Assembly (NCBI GenBank): GCA_016783675.1
Contig: JADHWE010000001.1
Span: forward strand, 955-64,954
Source: Kiritimatiellia bacterium
GTDB lineage: Bacteria > Verrucomicrobiota > Kiritimatiellia > UBA8416 > JABMPJ01
Direction of reading: 5' to 3'
Length of the DNA: 64,000 nt
The position numbers and the translations under genes were made by a program. Below, piece after piece: positions 44,972 to 56,945 of this stretch. Positions within the stretch are counted from its first letter, which is position 1. Each line of letters begins with the position of its first letter. Under the pieces are notes generated by a model. That model worked only from the letters and a program-made list of their open reading frames with translations. It was not told where the DNA came from and searched no databases.

Positions 44972-46525
44972 ATGACAACCGAGATCACAGACAGCAGGCG
45001 AGCCGAGAAGGAACTCAATGTTCTGTACCGTATTTCCCAGCATATGTCGCAGCAGCATGACGTGTCATCGTTGCTGAACGACGTGCTGGACATTCTCGAA
45101 TCCGAGATAGGTATTGCGCGTGCAACCTTTGCCCTGCGACGACCTGACAGCGACATGTTTACGGTGGAAGCGGCCCGTGGCATGACGGCGGAGGAACAGC
45201 GGCGCGGGCAATATGGGCTCGGAGAGGGAATCACGGGTCGGGTCGCCCAGAGCGCGGAGCCGGCCCTCGTGCCGGACATCTCACAGGACCCGAACTTCTT
45301 GAACCGAACCAGGTCCCGCCAGTCCGAGAAGACGGCGTTTCTCTGCATCCCGGTGATTCACCAGCGCATCGTCATTGGGACAATGAGCATCGACCGGCCC
45401 AGCGGCCCCATCGATTCGCTTCAACATGACCTGCACTTTCTGAAGCTGGTAGGCGATATGCTGGCCGAAGGCGTCTCACGTATCCGTGACGAGATCGAGG
45501 AACGTGAGGGCCTCATTGCCGAGAACCGCCTCCTGCGCCAGCAGCTTGGCGACCGCTATCATCCGAGCAACATGGTGGGCAACTGCAGCAGCATGCGCCA
45601 GGTCTATGACCAGATCGCACAGGTTGCCGACAGCACGGCGACCGTCCTGGTACGCGGTGAGTCCGGCACGGGCAAAGAGCTTGTCGCCCGCGCGATCCAC
45701 TACAGCAGCTCGCGCCGCAACAACGCCTTCGTGGGCGTCAATTGTGCCGCCCTGCCGGAGAATTTGATCGAGAGCGAACTGTTTGGACACGAGAAGGGAT
45801 CCTTCACCGGGGCGGCCCAGCAGCGCAAGGGACGCTTCGAACTGGCCAACGGCGGCACGCTGTTTCTCGATGAAATCGGGGATATCGCCCCTTCGGTCCA
45901 GGTCAGGCTCTTGCGTGCCCTGCAGGAGCGGACCATCGAACGTGTCGGGGGCAGCGAGACCATCGCCGTCAACGTGCGCATCGTCACCGCTACGAGCCGC
46001 GATCTCGAGAAGGACATCGCCGAGGGGAACTTCCGCGAGGATCTGTACTATCGACTCAACGTGTTTCCGATCCACATCCCGGCCCTGCGCAACCGTCGCT
46101 CTGACATCATGCTGCTGGCCGACTGCTTCATCCAGAAGTACAACGAAGCGTACAGCAAGCAGATCCGTCGCATCTCGACGGCCGCCATCAACATGATGAT
46201 GGTCTACCACTGGCCGGGCAACGTGCGCGAGCTCGAGAACTGCATTGAGCGGGCCGTTTTAACCAGCCAGGACGATGTCATTCACGGCTACAGCCTGCCC
46301 CCTTCCCTGCAGACCGCCGACCAGACCAACACGGCTTTGATCCCGCGTGAGGGTGCCAGCTTGAGTGAGATGCTCGATTCCTATGAACGCGAAATCATCA
46401 TCGACGCACTGAAGAAGCATCGCGGGAACGCCGCCGCCGCAGCGCGCGAACTGCAAAGCACGCCACGCGTCATGAACTATGCGATCAAGCGGCTGCACAT
46501 TGTGCCGGGGAAGTACAGGGGGTAG
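44972..46525 (+). CDS. Sigma-54-dependent transcriptional activator: GAF sensor, AAA+ domain and Fis-type HTH (NifA-like architecture)
   Basis: N-terminal GAF ([20 protein letters not shown]...GEGITGRVA...). [21 protein letters not shown] (GAFTGA variant), C-terminal [26 protein letters not shown]. Confidence 0.9.
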   Translation: MTTEITDSRRAEKELNVLYRISQHMSQQHDVSSLLNDVLDILESEIGIARATFALRRPDSDMFTVEAARGMTAEEQRRGQYGLGEGITGRVAQSAEPALVPDISQDPNFLNRTRSRQSEKTAFLCIPVIHQRIVIGTMSIDRPSGPIDSLQHDLHFLKLVGDMLAEGVSRIRDEIEEREGLIAENRLLRQQLGDRYHPSNMVGNCSSMRQVYDQIAQVADSTATVLVRGESGTGKELVARAIHYSSSRRNNAFVGVNCAALPENLIESELFGHEKGSFTGAAQQRKGRFELANGGTLFLDEIGDIAPSVQVRLLRALQERTIERVGGSETIAVNVRIVTATSRDLEKDIAEGNFREDLYYRLNVFPIHIPALRNRRSDIMLLADCFIQKYNEAYSKQIRRISTAAINMMMVYHWPGNVRELENCIERAVLTSQDDVIHGYSLPPSLQTADQTNTALIPREGASLSEMLDSYEREIIIDALKKHRGNAAAAARELQSTPRVMNYAIKRLHIVPGKYRG

Positions 46526-46536
46526 ATGCGACTTGG

Positions 46537-46603
46537 CGGCTCGCTCGGAGAGCTCGCCCTGCCCTACCGTCGATCAGGTAGGGCGAGCTCTCCGAGCGAG
46601 CCG
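46537..46603. repeat. REP-like element, double-arm copy
   Basis: Left arm GCGGCTCGCTCGGAGAGCTCGCCCTGCCCTACC (46537-46568), 8-nt spacer, right arm GGTAGGGCGAGCTCTCCGAGCGAGCCG (46577-46603). Confidence 0.75.
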
Positions 46604-46621
46604 AAAGACAGGTTATCAAAC

Positions 46622-47128
46622 ATGAAAACCCAAACGATCATTATCGATGGCTACAATGTCATCTACCGCGTGCCGCGGTTCAACGCGCAGCTTGACAAAA
46701 GCCTGCAGGCCGGACGCGAAGCCCTGCTGCGCTATTGCAGCGAGTGGAAGGCACGCCGGCGCGACGTTGACCGCTTCTACGTTGTGTTCGACGGCGACTC
46801 GTCCGTCATCGGCGGCGAAATAGCCGCCTCCGCACCGGGCGTCAGGGCGCTCTACAGCAAGACTGGCGAGACCGCCGACCGCCGCATCCGCCACATGCTC
46901 GACCAGGCCGATCGCAACGAGCAGATCACGGTGGTTTCCGACGACAACGAGGTCCGCGACAGTGCCCGCGTCCATCATATGCGCTCCATGAGCGCACTCG
47001 AGTTCAGCAGGATGGGGAGCGGACGGACAGCGAGAAGCAAGTCGCATGCGGCAGACGTTGAGGCACCACTGCCACCTTCGGCGGCGAGGGTTATCACGGA
47101 TGAGTTGAGGGATCTGTGGGAGACGTAG
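46622..47128 (+). CDS. YacP-like NYN-domain (PIN-like) putative ribonuclease
   Basis: MKTQTIIIDGYNVIYRVPRF...FYVVFDG...ETADRRIRHML...ITVVSDDNEV. Start moved past the REP element to ATG 46622. Confidence 0.75.
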   Translation: MKTQTIIIDGYNVIYRVPRFNAQLDKSLQAGREALLRYCSEWKARRRDVDRFYVVFDGDSSVIGGEIAASAPGVRALYSKTGETADRRIRHMLDQADRNEQITVVSDDNEVRDSARVHHMRSMSALEFSRMGSGRTARSKSHAADVEAPLPPSAARVITDELRDLWET

Positions 47129-47150
47129 CCCGCCACCACCCGCAGCACGA

Positions 47151-48218
47151 CTAGAATGTTCGCACTTCGTCCATGAGCGCTTCAAGCGCCTCTGACTCGG
47201 CGACGGTCTTGACGTGCTGCCCCTTCAGGTAGAGTGCGAACTTGCCTTTGCCGCCGGCGAGGGCGATGTCCGCCTCGCGTGCTTCGCCCGGACCGTTGAC
47301 CATGCATCCCATGACCGCCACCAGCGGACGGGCCACATCAGGATGCTGGGCATAGTACTCGTCGAGCGCGGATTCCACGCGACCGGCCAGCTCCACGACA
47401 TTGACCTGGACCCGACCGCACGTAGGACATGAGATCACGCTCGCACCCGGCGCGCGGAGCTCAAGCGCACGCAGCAATTCCAAGCCCACGCGCACCTCGC
47501 GTGCCGGGGTATCGGTCAGCGAGATGCGGATTGTGTCGCCGATCCCCTCTTCCAGCAAAATCCCCAACGCCACGCTGGAGCGAACGGTGCCGGCCATGAA
47601 GGTTCCCGCCTCCGTGACCCCCAGGTGCAGCGGATAGTCGGTTCGCTGAGAGAGCAACCGGTAGGCGGCAAGCGTACGGGCCACGTCAGACGCTTTAACG
47701 GATATCTTGATCTCCTGGTAGTCGCACGCCTCGAGCAGCCGGACGTGGCGCATGGCGCTCTCCACCAGGGCCTCTGCTGTTGCGCCGCCGTGTTGCGCGA
47801 GCAGGTCCTTCTCCAGTGAGCCGGCGTTGACGCCAATCCGAATCGGGACCATGCGCTCGCGCGCCGCGTCGACCACGACACGTACGTTGTCATCGCCGCC
47901 AATATTCCCGGGATTGATCCGCAGACCGTCAACGCCCTCCGCCAATGCAGCGAGCGCCAGGCGATGGTCAAAATGGATGTCGGCGATGAGGGGGATCGAG
48001 GACTGGTTCCTGATCTCACCGAGGGCCGAGGCGGCCGCCTCGTCCACCACGGCCAAGCGGACGATGTCGCAGCCCAGTGTAGCGACCTCGTTGATCTGCT
48101 CGACCGTCGCGTCGACATCGCGCGTGTCGGTCTTCGTCATGCTTTGGACGCTGACCGGCGCATCGCCCCCGACGGGAACGCTGCCAACATGAATCTGGCG
48201 AGTGGTCCGCCTTTTCAT
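47151..48218 (-). CDS. ispG: 4-hydroxy-3-methylbut-2-en-1-yl diphosphate synthase
   Basis: RRTTRQIHVGSVPVGGDAPVSVQSMTKTDTRDV...SCPTCGR...GCMVNGPGE. Confidence 0.95.
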   Translation of the reverse strand: MKRRTTRQIHVGSVPVGGDAPVSVQSMTKTDTRDVDATVEQINEVATLGCDIVRLAVVDEAAASALGEIRNQSSIPLIADIHFDHRLALAALAEGVDGLRINPGNIGGDDNVRVVVDAARERMVPIRIGVNAGSLEKDLLAQHGGATAEALVESAMRHVRLLEACDYQEIKISVKASDVARTLAAYRLLSQRTDYPLHLGVTEAGTFMAGTVRSSVALGILLEEGIGDTIRISLTDTPAREVRVGLELLRALELRAPGASVISCPTCGRVQVNVVELAGRVESALDEYYAQHPDVARPLVAVMGCMVNGPGEAREADIALAGGKGKFALYLKGQHVKTVAESEALEALMDEVRTF

Positions 48219-48220
48219 CT

Positions 48221-49666
48221 CTATTCGCCCTTATCGGTCTCCGCCGGCGCCATCTCCACCTGTTCCACCTTGGCCGGCAAAAGCTTCCGCACACGGCTTC
48301 CCAACGACGTCATCCGATCCAGGTCGCGCACGCTCAGTAAAATCATCACGCCGATCAGCAGGATCGCAAAGACGTTGACCAACGCGTTGACCAGCTTCGG
48401 GGATGCCGGCTTCCTGAATATGAGTTCCCAGATCGAGAAGACAATGTGCCCACCATCGAGTACAGGAATAGGCAACAGGTTGAGAATCGCCAGGTTCACG
48501 TTAAGGAGACACGTAAACGATACAGCCAACATGATGCTCATCTTTACGACAGTCCAGTAGTAGACAATGATCATAACCGGCCCACCTACAGCCTTCGACG
48601 CCGTCTTGGCTTGTTTCGGCGTCACCAGTGCGCTCAGCACCCGAACAATCATCGATGCATGGTCACGAATCTGTTCCATCGGCCTCGGGTGGATAACCGT
48701 GTCATGCTCGAATGCCATCGGGTTGAACTCGATCCCAATACGAGCTTTCTCGTGCTTCTCATCAAAGATCGGCTTCACCATCAGATCCAGTTCCACCGGG
48801 CCCTCATCCACTTGACGCTGCACCTTCATGGCCGTCTCTTGCCCCAAATGTTCGGATACGAGGCGACTCAGGTGACCACGACTCAACACGGTCACTCCCG
48901 CGAACTTCGTCACCAGGTCTCCCGAGAGGACGCCGGCCGATTCGGCAGGCATGCCCTGAGTAACGCGAAGCACCTGGCTCAAATCACACCCCGATAGTCC
49001 TTCCAGGAAGCGCACGCCCTTACCACCGTCACTCGTGACAAGCTGAATGTCTCGGGCTTCAGCAACGCCGGGGGAGCGAACAGAAAGGGCGACTTCCTTC
49101 TCTAGTGCAGCGGCCTTCTGCACATCCCGCCAGCTCAGGACAGGCGTGCCATTGACCGCCGTGATTTCATCCCCGATCCGCAGTCCTTCCGCGTAGGCAA
49201 CCGACTCGTCATCAACGAAGCCCACGACAGACGAGCGTTCAGACGGTCCGGCCGGAATACCGATCCAATACACCAGCCAAGCGATAAGGATAGCCAGAAG
49301 GATGTTCCCGACCGCACCGGCGGCAGACACGATGATCTTGCGCCACGCGGCGATCCGAGGCAGCGGGGAACGCGATTCCTCGTCCGTACCGTCCTCCTCC
49401 TCGCCGCCCTGGATGTGACTCATGCCGGTCGGGTCAAGCTGGGGTAGCGCCACGTAGCCGCCAAAGGGGATGCACCCGATCTTGTAGCGGATGCCTTTGA
49501 CCTTCTTCTCCCAGATGGAGGGACCGAACCCGATCGAGAAGACCTCGACGACCAAGCCGAGCCAACGGGCGGTCAGGTAATGACCGAGTTCATGGATAAA
49601 GATGGTGACACCGAACAGGAGCACCAGGATCGGAACAATCCACACAGAATCAAAAAGGGCTAGCAT
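48221..49666 (-). CDS. rseP: RIP metalloprotease RseP (site-2 protease, M50) with PDZ domains
   Basis: TIFIHELGHYLTARWLG (HExxH) and the C-terminal NLLPIPVLDGGH. Start moved to MLALFDS (ATG 49666). Confidence 0.9.
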   Translation of the reverse strand: MLALFDSVWIVPILVLLFGVTIFIHELGHYLTARWLGLVVEVFSIGFGPSIWEKKVKGIRYKIGCIPFGGYVALPQLDPTGMSHIQGGEEEDGTDEESRSPLPRIAAWRKIIVSAAGAVGNILLAILIAWLVYWIGIPAGPSERSSVVGFVDDESVAYAEGLRIGDEITAVNGTPVLSWRDVQKAAALEKEVALSVRSPGVAEARDIQLVTSDGGKGVRFLEGLSGCDLSQVLRVTQGMPAESAGVLSGDLVTKFAGVTVLSRGHLSRLVSEHLGQETAMKVQRQVDEGPVELDLMVKPIFDEKHEKARIGIEFNPMAFEHDTVIHPRPMEQIRDHASMIVRVLSALVTPKQAKTASKAVGGPVMIIVYYWTVVKMSIMLAVSFTCLLNVNLAILNLLPIPVLDGGHIVFSIWELIFRKPASPKLVNALVNVFAILLIGVMILLSVRDLDRMTSLGSRVRKLLPAKVEQVEMAPAETDKGE

Positions 49667-50814
49667 GCCGTCTCCTCGCGGGCAAACTTTCGTGCCCATT
49701 GATCGGCGGCCATAATGGCATCCAAATCGGGATCGTCAATACGGTTATGGTGAGACAAGGAAGATTCAACGAGCTTCCATATCCCGGAAAAGCGGATCTC
49801 ACCGGCCAGAAAACGCTCAACGGCCACTTCGTTGGCCGCGTTCAGAACCGCCGTGGACGTGCCGCCGGCCTCCCCTGCGGCAACCGCGAGGTCAAGACTG
49901 GGGAAACGCTTCCGGTCGGGCTGCTCAAAAGTCAGGGCGTCGAGCTCGGCGAGGTTAAGCGGCGGCAGGCCGCCTTCACAACGCTCGGGCCACGTCAGCG
50001 CATACTGGATGGCGAAACGCATGTCCGGGCGCGTCATGTGGGCCACGCTGTTGCCGTCCTCGAACTCGATCATGGCGTGGACGATGCTCTGCGGATGAAC
50101 CAGTACGTCCAGGCGGCTGAAAGGAACACCGAAGAACCAGTGGGCTTCGATCAGCTCGAGCCCCTTGTTCATGAGTGTCGCCGAGTCGATCGTTACCTTG
50201 GGCCCCATGCTCCACGTGGGATGCGCCAGCGCCTCGTCGGCGCTTACATGGTCAAAGTCGACATCGGGTCGATTCCTGAACGGCCCGCCCGACGCCGTCA
50301 GGATCATACGGCCGACACCCGCCCCACGGGCTGTATGGCCGGCCAGGCATTGGAAAAGACCGCTATGCTCGCTGTCCACAGGCAGGAGTCGCGCACCGGT
50401 GCGCGCACAGGTCTGCATCACACGCTGACCCGCTCCGACGAGGACCTCCTTGGTGGCCAGCGCGACATCCGTGCCCTGCTCCACCGCCGCCAGCACGGGC
50501 GGCAGACCGGCCAATCCAACAACCGAGCACAGGACGATGTCCGCTTCTGCGAGCGTCGCCAGTTCGACCAGCCCCCCGGGGCCCGCGTGCAGCGTCACGC
50601 CTTCGGGAACTGCCGACGCACAACGCTCGGCCGCCTCGGTATCACTCACAGCGATATGCGCAACACCATGCTCGCGCGCCTGTTCAAGAAGCCGGTCGGT
50701 GTTGCGTTGCGCGGCAAGGCCGACAATGCGCAGACGGTCGGGAATCGCCTGCACCACGCGCAGAGCGTTCTCTCCGATGGACCCCGTACTGCCCAGCACC
50801 ACTACGTTCTTCAT
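49660..50814 (-). CDS. dxr: 1-deoxy-D-xylulose 5-phosphate reductoisomerase
   Basis: MKNVVVLGSTGSIGENAL...LPVDSEHSGLFQC... Confidence 0.95.
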   Translation of the reverse strand: MKNVVVLGSTGSIGENALRVVQAIPDRLRIVGLAAQRNTDRLLEQAREHGVAHIAVSDTEAAERCASAVPEGVTLHAGPGGLVELATLAEADIVLCSVVGLAGLPPVLAAVEQGTDVALATKEVLVGAGQRVMQTCARTGARLLPVDSEHSGLFQCLAGHTARGAGVGRMILTASGGPFRNRPDVDFDHVSADEALAHPTWSMGPKVTIDSATLMNKGLELIEAHWFFGVPFSRLDVLVHPQSIVHAMIEFEDGNSVAHMTRPDMRFAIQYALTWPERCEGGLPPLNLAELDALTFEQPDRKRFPSLDLAVAAGEAGGTSTAVLNAANEVAVERFLAGEIRFSGIWKLVESSLSHHNRIDDPDLDAIMAADQWARKFAREETAC

Positions 50815-51719
50815 GAGAGAATGAACCTTGCGTAGAAATACAGGACCGGGGCGCCGAACAGAAGACTATCGAGTACGTCGAGCAGCCCCCCCATGCCGGG
50901 CACGACCGCGCCGGAGTCCTTCGAGCCGGACGCGCGCTTGAGAAGGGATTCAAACATGTCGCCGGCGGTACCGACCAGGGAGAGCAGCAGTCCCAGGATC
51001 ACGGCGTCTACCATACTTACGTTCAGCACGCCGAACGCACCGTGTGCCCCGTTAACGAAGCTCAGGCTGGCAATCATAGCGCAGGCCAGCCCACCGATGA
51101 AACCTTCCCACGTCTTACGCGGCGAGAGTCGCGGGAAGAGCTTGTGTTTGCCAATCGCCGATCCCACGAAGAAGGCCCCGATATCTGTACTCTTCACCAC
51201 AACCACCAGGTAGAACACAAGCTGGCGGCCCGTCTCCCCCACACGCATATCGTGCGGCCCATATTCCCAGGTGTAGACGAGCCGAGTGAAATAGTTGAAC
51301 AGGTACGGCACGTACAGGATTCCCAGCAGCGTACAGGCGATCGTCGCGAGGGGCTGGGTATTCTCGCGTTGAGGAAACTGTCGGAAGAAGACCAGGATAA
51401 GCCCGAGACAGAGCACGAAATGCTCCCATGCCAGGGCATCTGCCGCCTGGTCGGCCGACAGTCCCATCGTGAAGTAGGTAGCTGTGACCATGCACGAGCC
51501 CACGATCACGCCCAGCCAGCGAAACACCGGAATCCCGGGCAGGTTCAGCATCCGGTAGAACTCGAGCTGCGCCATCGCGCTGATCGCCACCAGCAGCAGC
51601 CATCCCCCCAGGGCCGGCATATGGTTCGCCGCCAGGATCAGCAGGGTCACAATCAGCGTGCCGCTCATCACGCGATGGACCAGCACACGTCGCTTGTCGG
51701 GAACCGGTTTGTGTGTCAT
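50811..51719 (-). CDS. cdsA: Phosphatidate cytidylyltransferase
   Basis: Polytopic protein. C-terminal SLLKRASGSKDSGAVVPGMGGLLDVLDSLLF matches the CdsA signature. Confidence 0.9.
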   Translation of the reverse strand: MTHKPVPDKRRVLVHRVMSGTLIVTLLILAANHMPALGGWLLLVAISAMAQLEFYRMLNLPGIPVFRWLGVIVGSCMVTATYFTMGLSADQAADALAWEHFVLCLGLILVFFRQFPQRENTQPLATIACTLLGILYVPYLFNYFTRLVYTWEYGPHDMRVGETGRQLVFYLVVVVKSTDIGAFFVGSAIGKHKLFPRLSPRKTWEGFIGGLACAMIASLSFVNGAHGAFGVLNVSMVDAVILGLLLSLVGTAGDMFESLLKRASGSKDSGAVVPGMGGLLDVLDSLLFGAPVLYFYARFILS

Positions 51720-52438
51720 CCCACCCCTCCAAAACGCCGCTCGCGGCCGGCGTAAGCGGCCAACGCCTTCTTGAACTCGTCATCACGAAAATCGGGCCAG
51801 AGCACGTCCGTCACATACAGTTCGGTGTAAGAGAGCTGCCAGAGCAGGAAGTTGCTCAACCGCATCTCGCCACTGGTCCGGATCAGCAGGTCGGGATCAG
51901 GGACGTCGGGAAGGTAGAGATGGTCTGCGATGGTCTGCTCGTCGATCGCGTCGGGGTCAAGGGTCCCTGCCTTGACCTCCGCGGCAATCCGGCGCGTCGC
52001 ATCGACCAGTTCGGCCCGGCCGCCGTAGCTGAGCGCCAGGATGAGTGTGCCATTCTCGTACGTCTCGGTTTCGCGCATTACCCGTTCGAGCTCCTTCCGC
52101 ACGGCATCGGGGAGATCGGCAATCCGACCGGTCGCGCGCAGACGGACACGGTCATCGTGGAGCTCCTGTGCGCGGTCACGCAGAAACGTACGCAGCAGCC
52201 GCATCAGGCCGTTGATCTCCGGCCTGGGGCGCGACCAGTTCTCCACGCTGAACGCATACAGGGTCAGGTAGTCGACGCCGGCATCACGGCAAGACCGAAT
52301 GGCGGCCCGGACGGACTCCGCGCCCTGCTCGTGTCCTTTGAGTCGGGGTAGTCCGCGCTGCTTGGCCCACCGCCCGTTGCCATCCATAATGATGGCAACG
52401 TGCCGTGGCACTTCAGCGTTCCGAGCCGTATCACTCAT
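51716..52438 (-). CDS. uppS: Isoprenyl transferase (undecaprenyl diphosphate synthase)
   Basis: PRHVAIIMDGNGRWA...YLTLYAFSVENW...LIRTSGEMRLSNFLLWQ. Confidence 0.95.
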   Translation of the reverse strand: MSDTARNAEVPRHVAIIMDGNGRWAKQRGLPRLKGHEQGAESVRAAIRSCRDAGVDYLTLYAFSVENWSRPRPEINGLMRLLRTFLRDRAQELHDDRVRLRATGRIADLPDAVRKELERVMRETETYENGTLILALSYGGRAELVDATRRIAAEVKAGTLDPDAIDEQTIADHLYLPDVPDPDLLIRTSGEMRLSNFLLWQLSYTELYVTDVLWPDFRDDEFKKALAAYAGRERRFGGVG

Positions 52439-52441
52439 ACA

Positions 52442-53718
52442 CTACATTCCAACGCGCAGCGTGCTCTTGCGCTGGGCGCCGACCGACAGAATGCCGAGTT
52501 TAACGCCCGTCAGCTCCACGAGGTAGTTAACGTAGTCCTTGGCGGCCTGGGGCAGATCCTCGAACTGCGCAACGTCACAGGTTGGTGTCTGCCACCCCGG
52601 CATCTCTTCGTAGACAGGCGTGCAACGCTGAAGGATCCGGATGTTAGCCGGGACGCTATCATAGCGCTTGCCGTCGCATTCGTAGGCCACGCAGATCTTG
52701 ATGGTCTCAAGCTTGTCGAGCACATCCAGTTTCGTCATGGCCCAGACGTCGAACCCGTTAATCATCGCGGAGTAGCGCGCCAGCACCGCATCGAACCAAC
52801 CGCAGCGGCGTGGCCGGCCCGTCGTGGCGCCGAACTCGTTGCCTTCCTTGGCGAGCAACGCGCCGATCTCGTCGGTCAGCTCGGTCGGGAACGGCCCTTC
52901 GCCAACGCGCGTGGTGTAGGTCTTGATCACACCCAGCACGCGGTCGATCTTGTTGGGCGGCACGCCGGTGCCCGTGCAGGCGCCGCCGGCCGTGGCGTTC
53001 GAGGAGGTGACGAACGGGTAGCTACCGAAGTCGATATCCAGCATGGTGCCCTGCGCGCCTTCGAACAGAATCGATTTCCCGTCGCGGACGACTTGGCCCA
53101 GGAAGGGAATCGAGTCGCCAATGAAGGGCGCAATCACGCGCGTGGCTTCGCAGGTGCCGCTGATAAGCTTGGCAGCATCCAGCGGCTCTGCGCCCATGGC
53201 CTCAAGCACACGGTTCACCTCGGCCATACGTTCGGTCAGAAGCTGCGGAAACGTTGGATCGAGCAGATCGCCCATACGCAAGCCCACGCGAGACATCTTG
53301 TCGCCGTAGGTCGGGCCGATCCCACGCTTCGTGGTACCGATCTTCTTGTCATCGCGGCTGGCGGCTTCACGGCAGGCATCCAGCGCGCCATGGTACGGGA
53401 AGACGACATGGGCACGGTCGCTGACCAGGAGTCGGTCACCGATCTCGATGCCGCGCTCGCGTAGTTCGTTGATCTCACCGGCCAGGGCGACAGGATCGAC
53501 CACCACGCCGTTACCGATCACGCATTGTTTGCCTTCGTGCAGCATTCCGGAAGGCAATAGGTGCAGCACGTACTTCTCGTCGCCGACCTTGACGGTGTGG
53601 CCCGCGTTGTTGCCGCCCTGGTAGCGGACCACAACATCCACTTCCGGCGCCAGTACGTCGATGATTTTGCCTTTGCCTTCATCGCCCCACTGGGCGCCCA
53701 CGAGTACGGTATTTGCCA

Positions 53719-53719
<1 letters not shown>
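52442..53719 (-). CDS. purA: Adenylosuccinate synthase
   Basis: VLVGAQWGDEGKGKIIDVL...GGNNAGHTV... Confidence 0.95.
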
Positions 53720-54867
<1,148 letters not shown>

Positions 54868-54878
54868 CTCGCCCCTCT

Positions 54879-55514
54879 CTATCTGAAGTTCAGCACCTTG
54901 TGCAGTTGTACCTGCAACCGCACCGGCAAACCGTCGGCCAGCAACCACCCCGCCAATCTCGCGGGATCAAGCTGATCCCAGGCCGGACTGAACAGGACCG
55001 TGCTGCAACGTTTCGACAACTCATGCTCGCACACAAATTCAACAGCCCAGTCGTAATCGCGCCGGTCACACAGCACGAATTTCACTTCGTCGCTGCTCCG
55101 TAAACGGTCAAGATTGGCCTCATCGAACGTCCCGGCCATGCCACTGCCCGGCGTCTTTACATCCACGATCGCTATGGCGCCATCGGGAATCCGAGAAATG
55201 TCGCACGTTCCATTGGTTTCGACAAGCACAGTCTTGTCACAGGCCCCGCAAATGGCCTCTGCAAGCGGCCCGACCCCCTCCTGCTGCAGTGGTTCACCAC
55301 CCGTTATCTCGATGAGGGGCACCGAACTGGCGAGGCAGGCCGACACCACGTCATCGATAGCCATGGAGTCGCCGTCGCTGCATGCGGCCGGGGTATCGCA
55401 GTAGTCGCAGTTCAGGTTGCACCCGGCCAGGCGGACAAAGAAACAGGGCAGTCCGGCATAGCTGGACTCCCCCTGGATCGATTCGAACAACTCCGCTACC
55501 TGCACGTCAGACAT
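54879..55514 (-). CDS. queE: 7-carboxy-7-deazaguanine synthase (radical SAM)
   Basis: ELFESIQGESSYAGLPCFFVRLAGCNLNCDYCDT. Confidence 0.85.
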   Translation of the reverse strand: MSDVQVAELFESIQGESSYAGLPCFFVRLAGCNLNCDYCDTPAACSDGDSMAIDDVVSACLASSVPLIEITGGEPLQQEGVGPLAEAICGACDKTVLVETNGTCDISRIPDGAIAIVDVKTPGSGMAGTFDEANLDRLRSSDEVKFVLCDRRDYDWAVEFVCEHELSKRCSTVLFSPAWDQLDPARLAGWLLADGLPVRLQVQLHKVLNFR

Positions 55515-55625
55515 GGCCCGTATTATGCCTTCTGTGCGCCATAGAACGAGTCAATAATGGTGTTTCCCCGAAACGCCATTCTCTTATTGAAGCCGCACGT
55601 GACCCGCCATACAATTGGCCGTTCT

Positions 55626-56939
55626 ATGCCTCAGACCGAACACAATGTTATTACCGAACTGGCCTACCGGATTCTTCCAGACTGGCAAAAGGCCCTACTG
55701 AGCGAACAGCGGGTGCCGCTGATCCAGGAGTACTGCCGCCTGCCGGAGCAGTACTGGGACGTACGTGGCGATGGCCATGCGCAAGCGGTTCCCTATGCGT
55801 TCAAGACGGATGGCGTCGTGTTCCATTACCTTCCCGACACACCGATTGCCCCCGCGTACCGGTACCAGGCCGCAGACCCCGAGCAACAGGTGCTTAAGCC
55901 GCTACTGCCGTACGAGAATCCGCACTGGCATCACGCCACGGCTGGTTTCCGCTATTACGCCGCACAGGCGATCGAGGCGATGGCGGCGGGTGATTGGGAG
56001 CGTGGGTGCGCGTTTGCCGGTTGGCTGATTCACGTGCTGCAGGACCACGGTTTCGGGATTCACAGCCTTGAGGGCCCCTATGGTACCGACGTGTTCCTGC
56101 TGCACCGGCTCTTTCCCGATTCCGAGCATCCCGAGCACGACCCTGCCGTTATTCTGCGTCAGCCCACGGCGCCACCGACAGCGACAGACCTGCGCACCTA
56201 TGTTCCTCGCCTGCTGGGCTACCACCCCGACGAGATCGCGTTCACCCTTTTCTCCCGTCACGTCGAGTGCACACTGGCCGCGCGGCGCCTGTGTCACCAG
56301 ATCGTCGTCAACGCACGCATGGATCGAGCCGATCTGAATGCCGCGCTCTTCTCGGAAATGTACCGCGGCGCCATCGCGATATCGGCAGACGTGCTGTTCA
56401 CGCTCATCTGCGTGGCCTCCCGGCGTATCGGCAACTCGACGGCTCACCTTGAAACGGTTCACCTCTCTCAGACCGAGCCTTACCAACGGCCCTGGCTGAC
56501 AGCGCCGCCGTACTGGACCCGCGGCTACACGATTGGCCACGCCCTCGACAACAGCGGACGCAGGATTCCGCTTCAACTGCGCCTGCCTTCCCGCAACATG
56601 CCTGTGACATTCTCCAACGGAATAGCGGTGGGCGGGCATTACTGCTCAACGCTCTCGTTCGAGATCCCGCGCGACACCTATGCCTCATTCGACTGCGCAC
56701 TGGGACAGCACGCCCTCTTCCGTACCCGCACCGGGGAAATGCACCTCGCCCTGAAGGTCGGCCCAACCATCCTGTTTGATGACATTGTTAAGGGGTCGGA
56801 TCCGGCGGCACAGCTGCACGCGGACAATCCCGAGGGCCGCATCTCGCTCACGCTACAGACCCGTGACGGACTCGATGCGAACATGCATCACATTATCTGG
56901 GCCGACCCGGTACTGAAGCGACAGGCGCCGCCCTTCTAA
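55626..56939 (+). CDS. Hypothetical protein: His-rich N-terminal domain of uncertain fold plus a C-terminal NPCBM-like beta-sandwich
   Basis: The C-terminal approximately 140 aa (FSNGIAVGGHYCSTLSFEIPRDTYASFDCALG...LALKVGPTILFDD...ISLTLQTRDGLDANMHHIIWADPVLK) follows the NPCBM pattern. The N-terminus has HWHH and HVLQDHG motifs. No signal peptide is seen. The start is uncertain (55557 or 55626). Confidence 0.45.
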   Translation: MPQTEHNVITELAYRILPDWQKALLSEQRVPLIQEYCRLPEQYWDVRGDGHAQAVPYAFKTDGVVFHYLPDTPIAPAYRYQAADPEQQVLKPLLPYENPHWHHATAGFRYYAAQAIEAMAAGDWERGCAFAGWLIHVLQDHGFGIHSLEGPYGTDVFLLHRLFPDSEHPEHDPAVILRQPTAPPTATDLRTYVPRLLGYHPDEIAFTLFSRHVECTLAARRLCHQIVVNARMDRADLNAALFSEMYRGAIAISADVLFTLICVASRRIGNSTAHLETVHLSQTEPYQRPWLTAPPYWTRGYTIGHALDNSGRRIPLQLRLPSRNMPVTFSNGIAVGGHYCSTLSFEIPRDTYASFDCALGQHALFRTRTGEMHLALKVGPTILFDDIVKGSDPAAQLHADNPEGRISLTLQTRDGLDANMHHIIWADPVLKRQAPPF

Positions 56940-56945
56940 TCCGCC

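Noticed and set aside
46526-46621. N-terminal extension MRLGGSLGELALPYRRSGRASSPSEPKDRLSN of the YacP-like ORF, and ORF 21761..21982 (-) with the same peptide theme
   Set aside because: These residues are read-through of the REP-like palindromes. The NYN-domain protein has a good internal ATG at 46622 that matches family N-termini (MKTQTIIIDGYNV).
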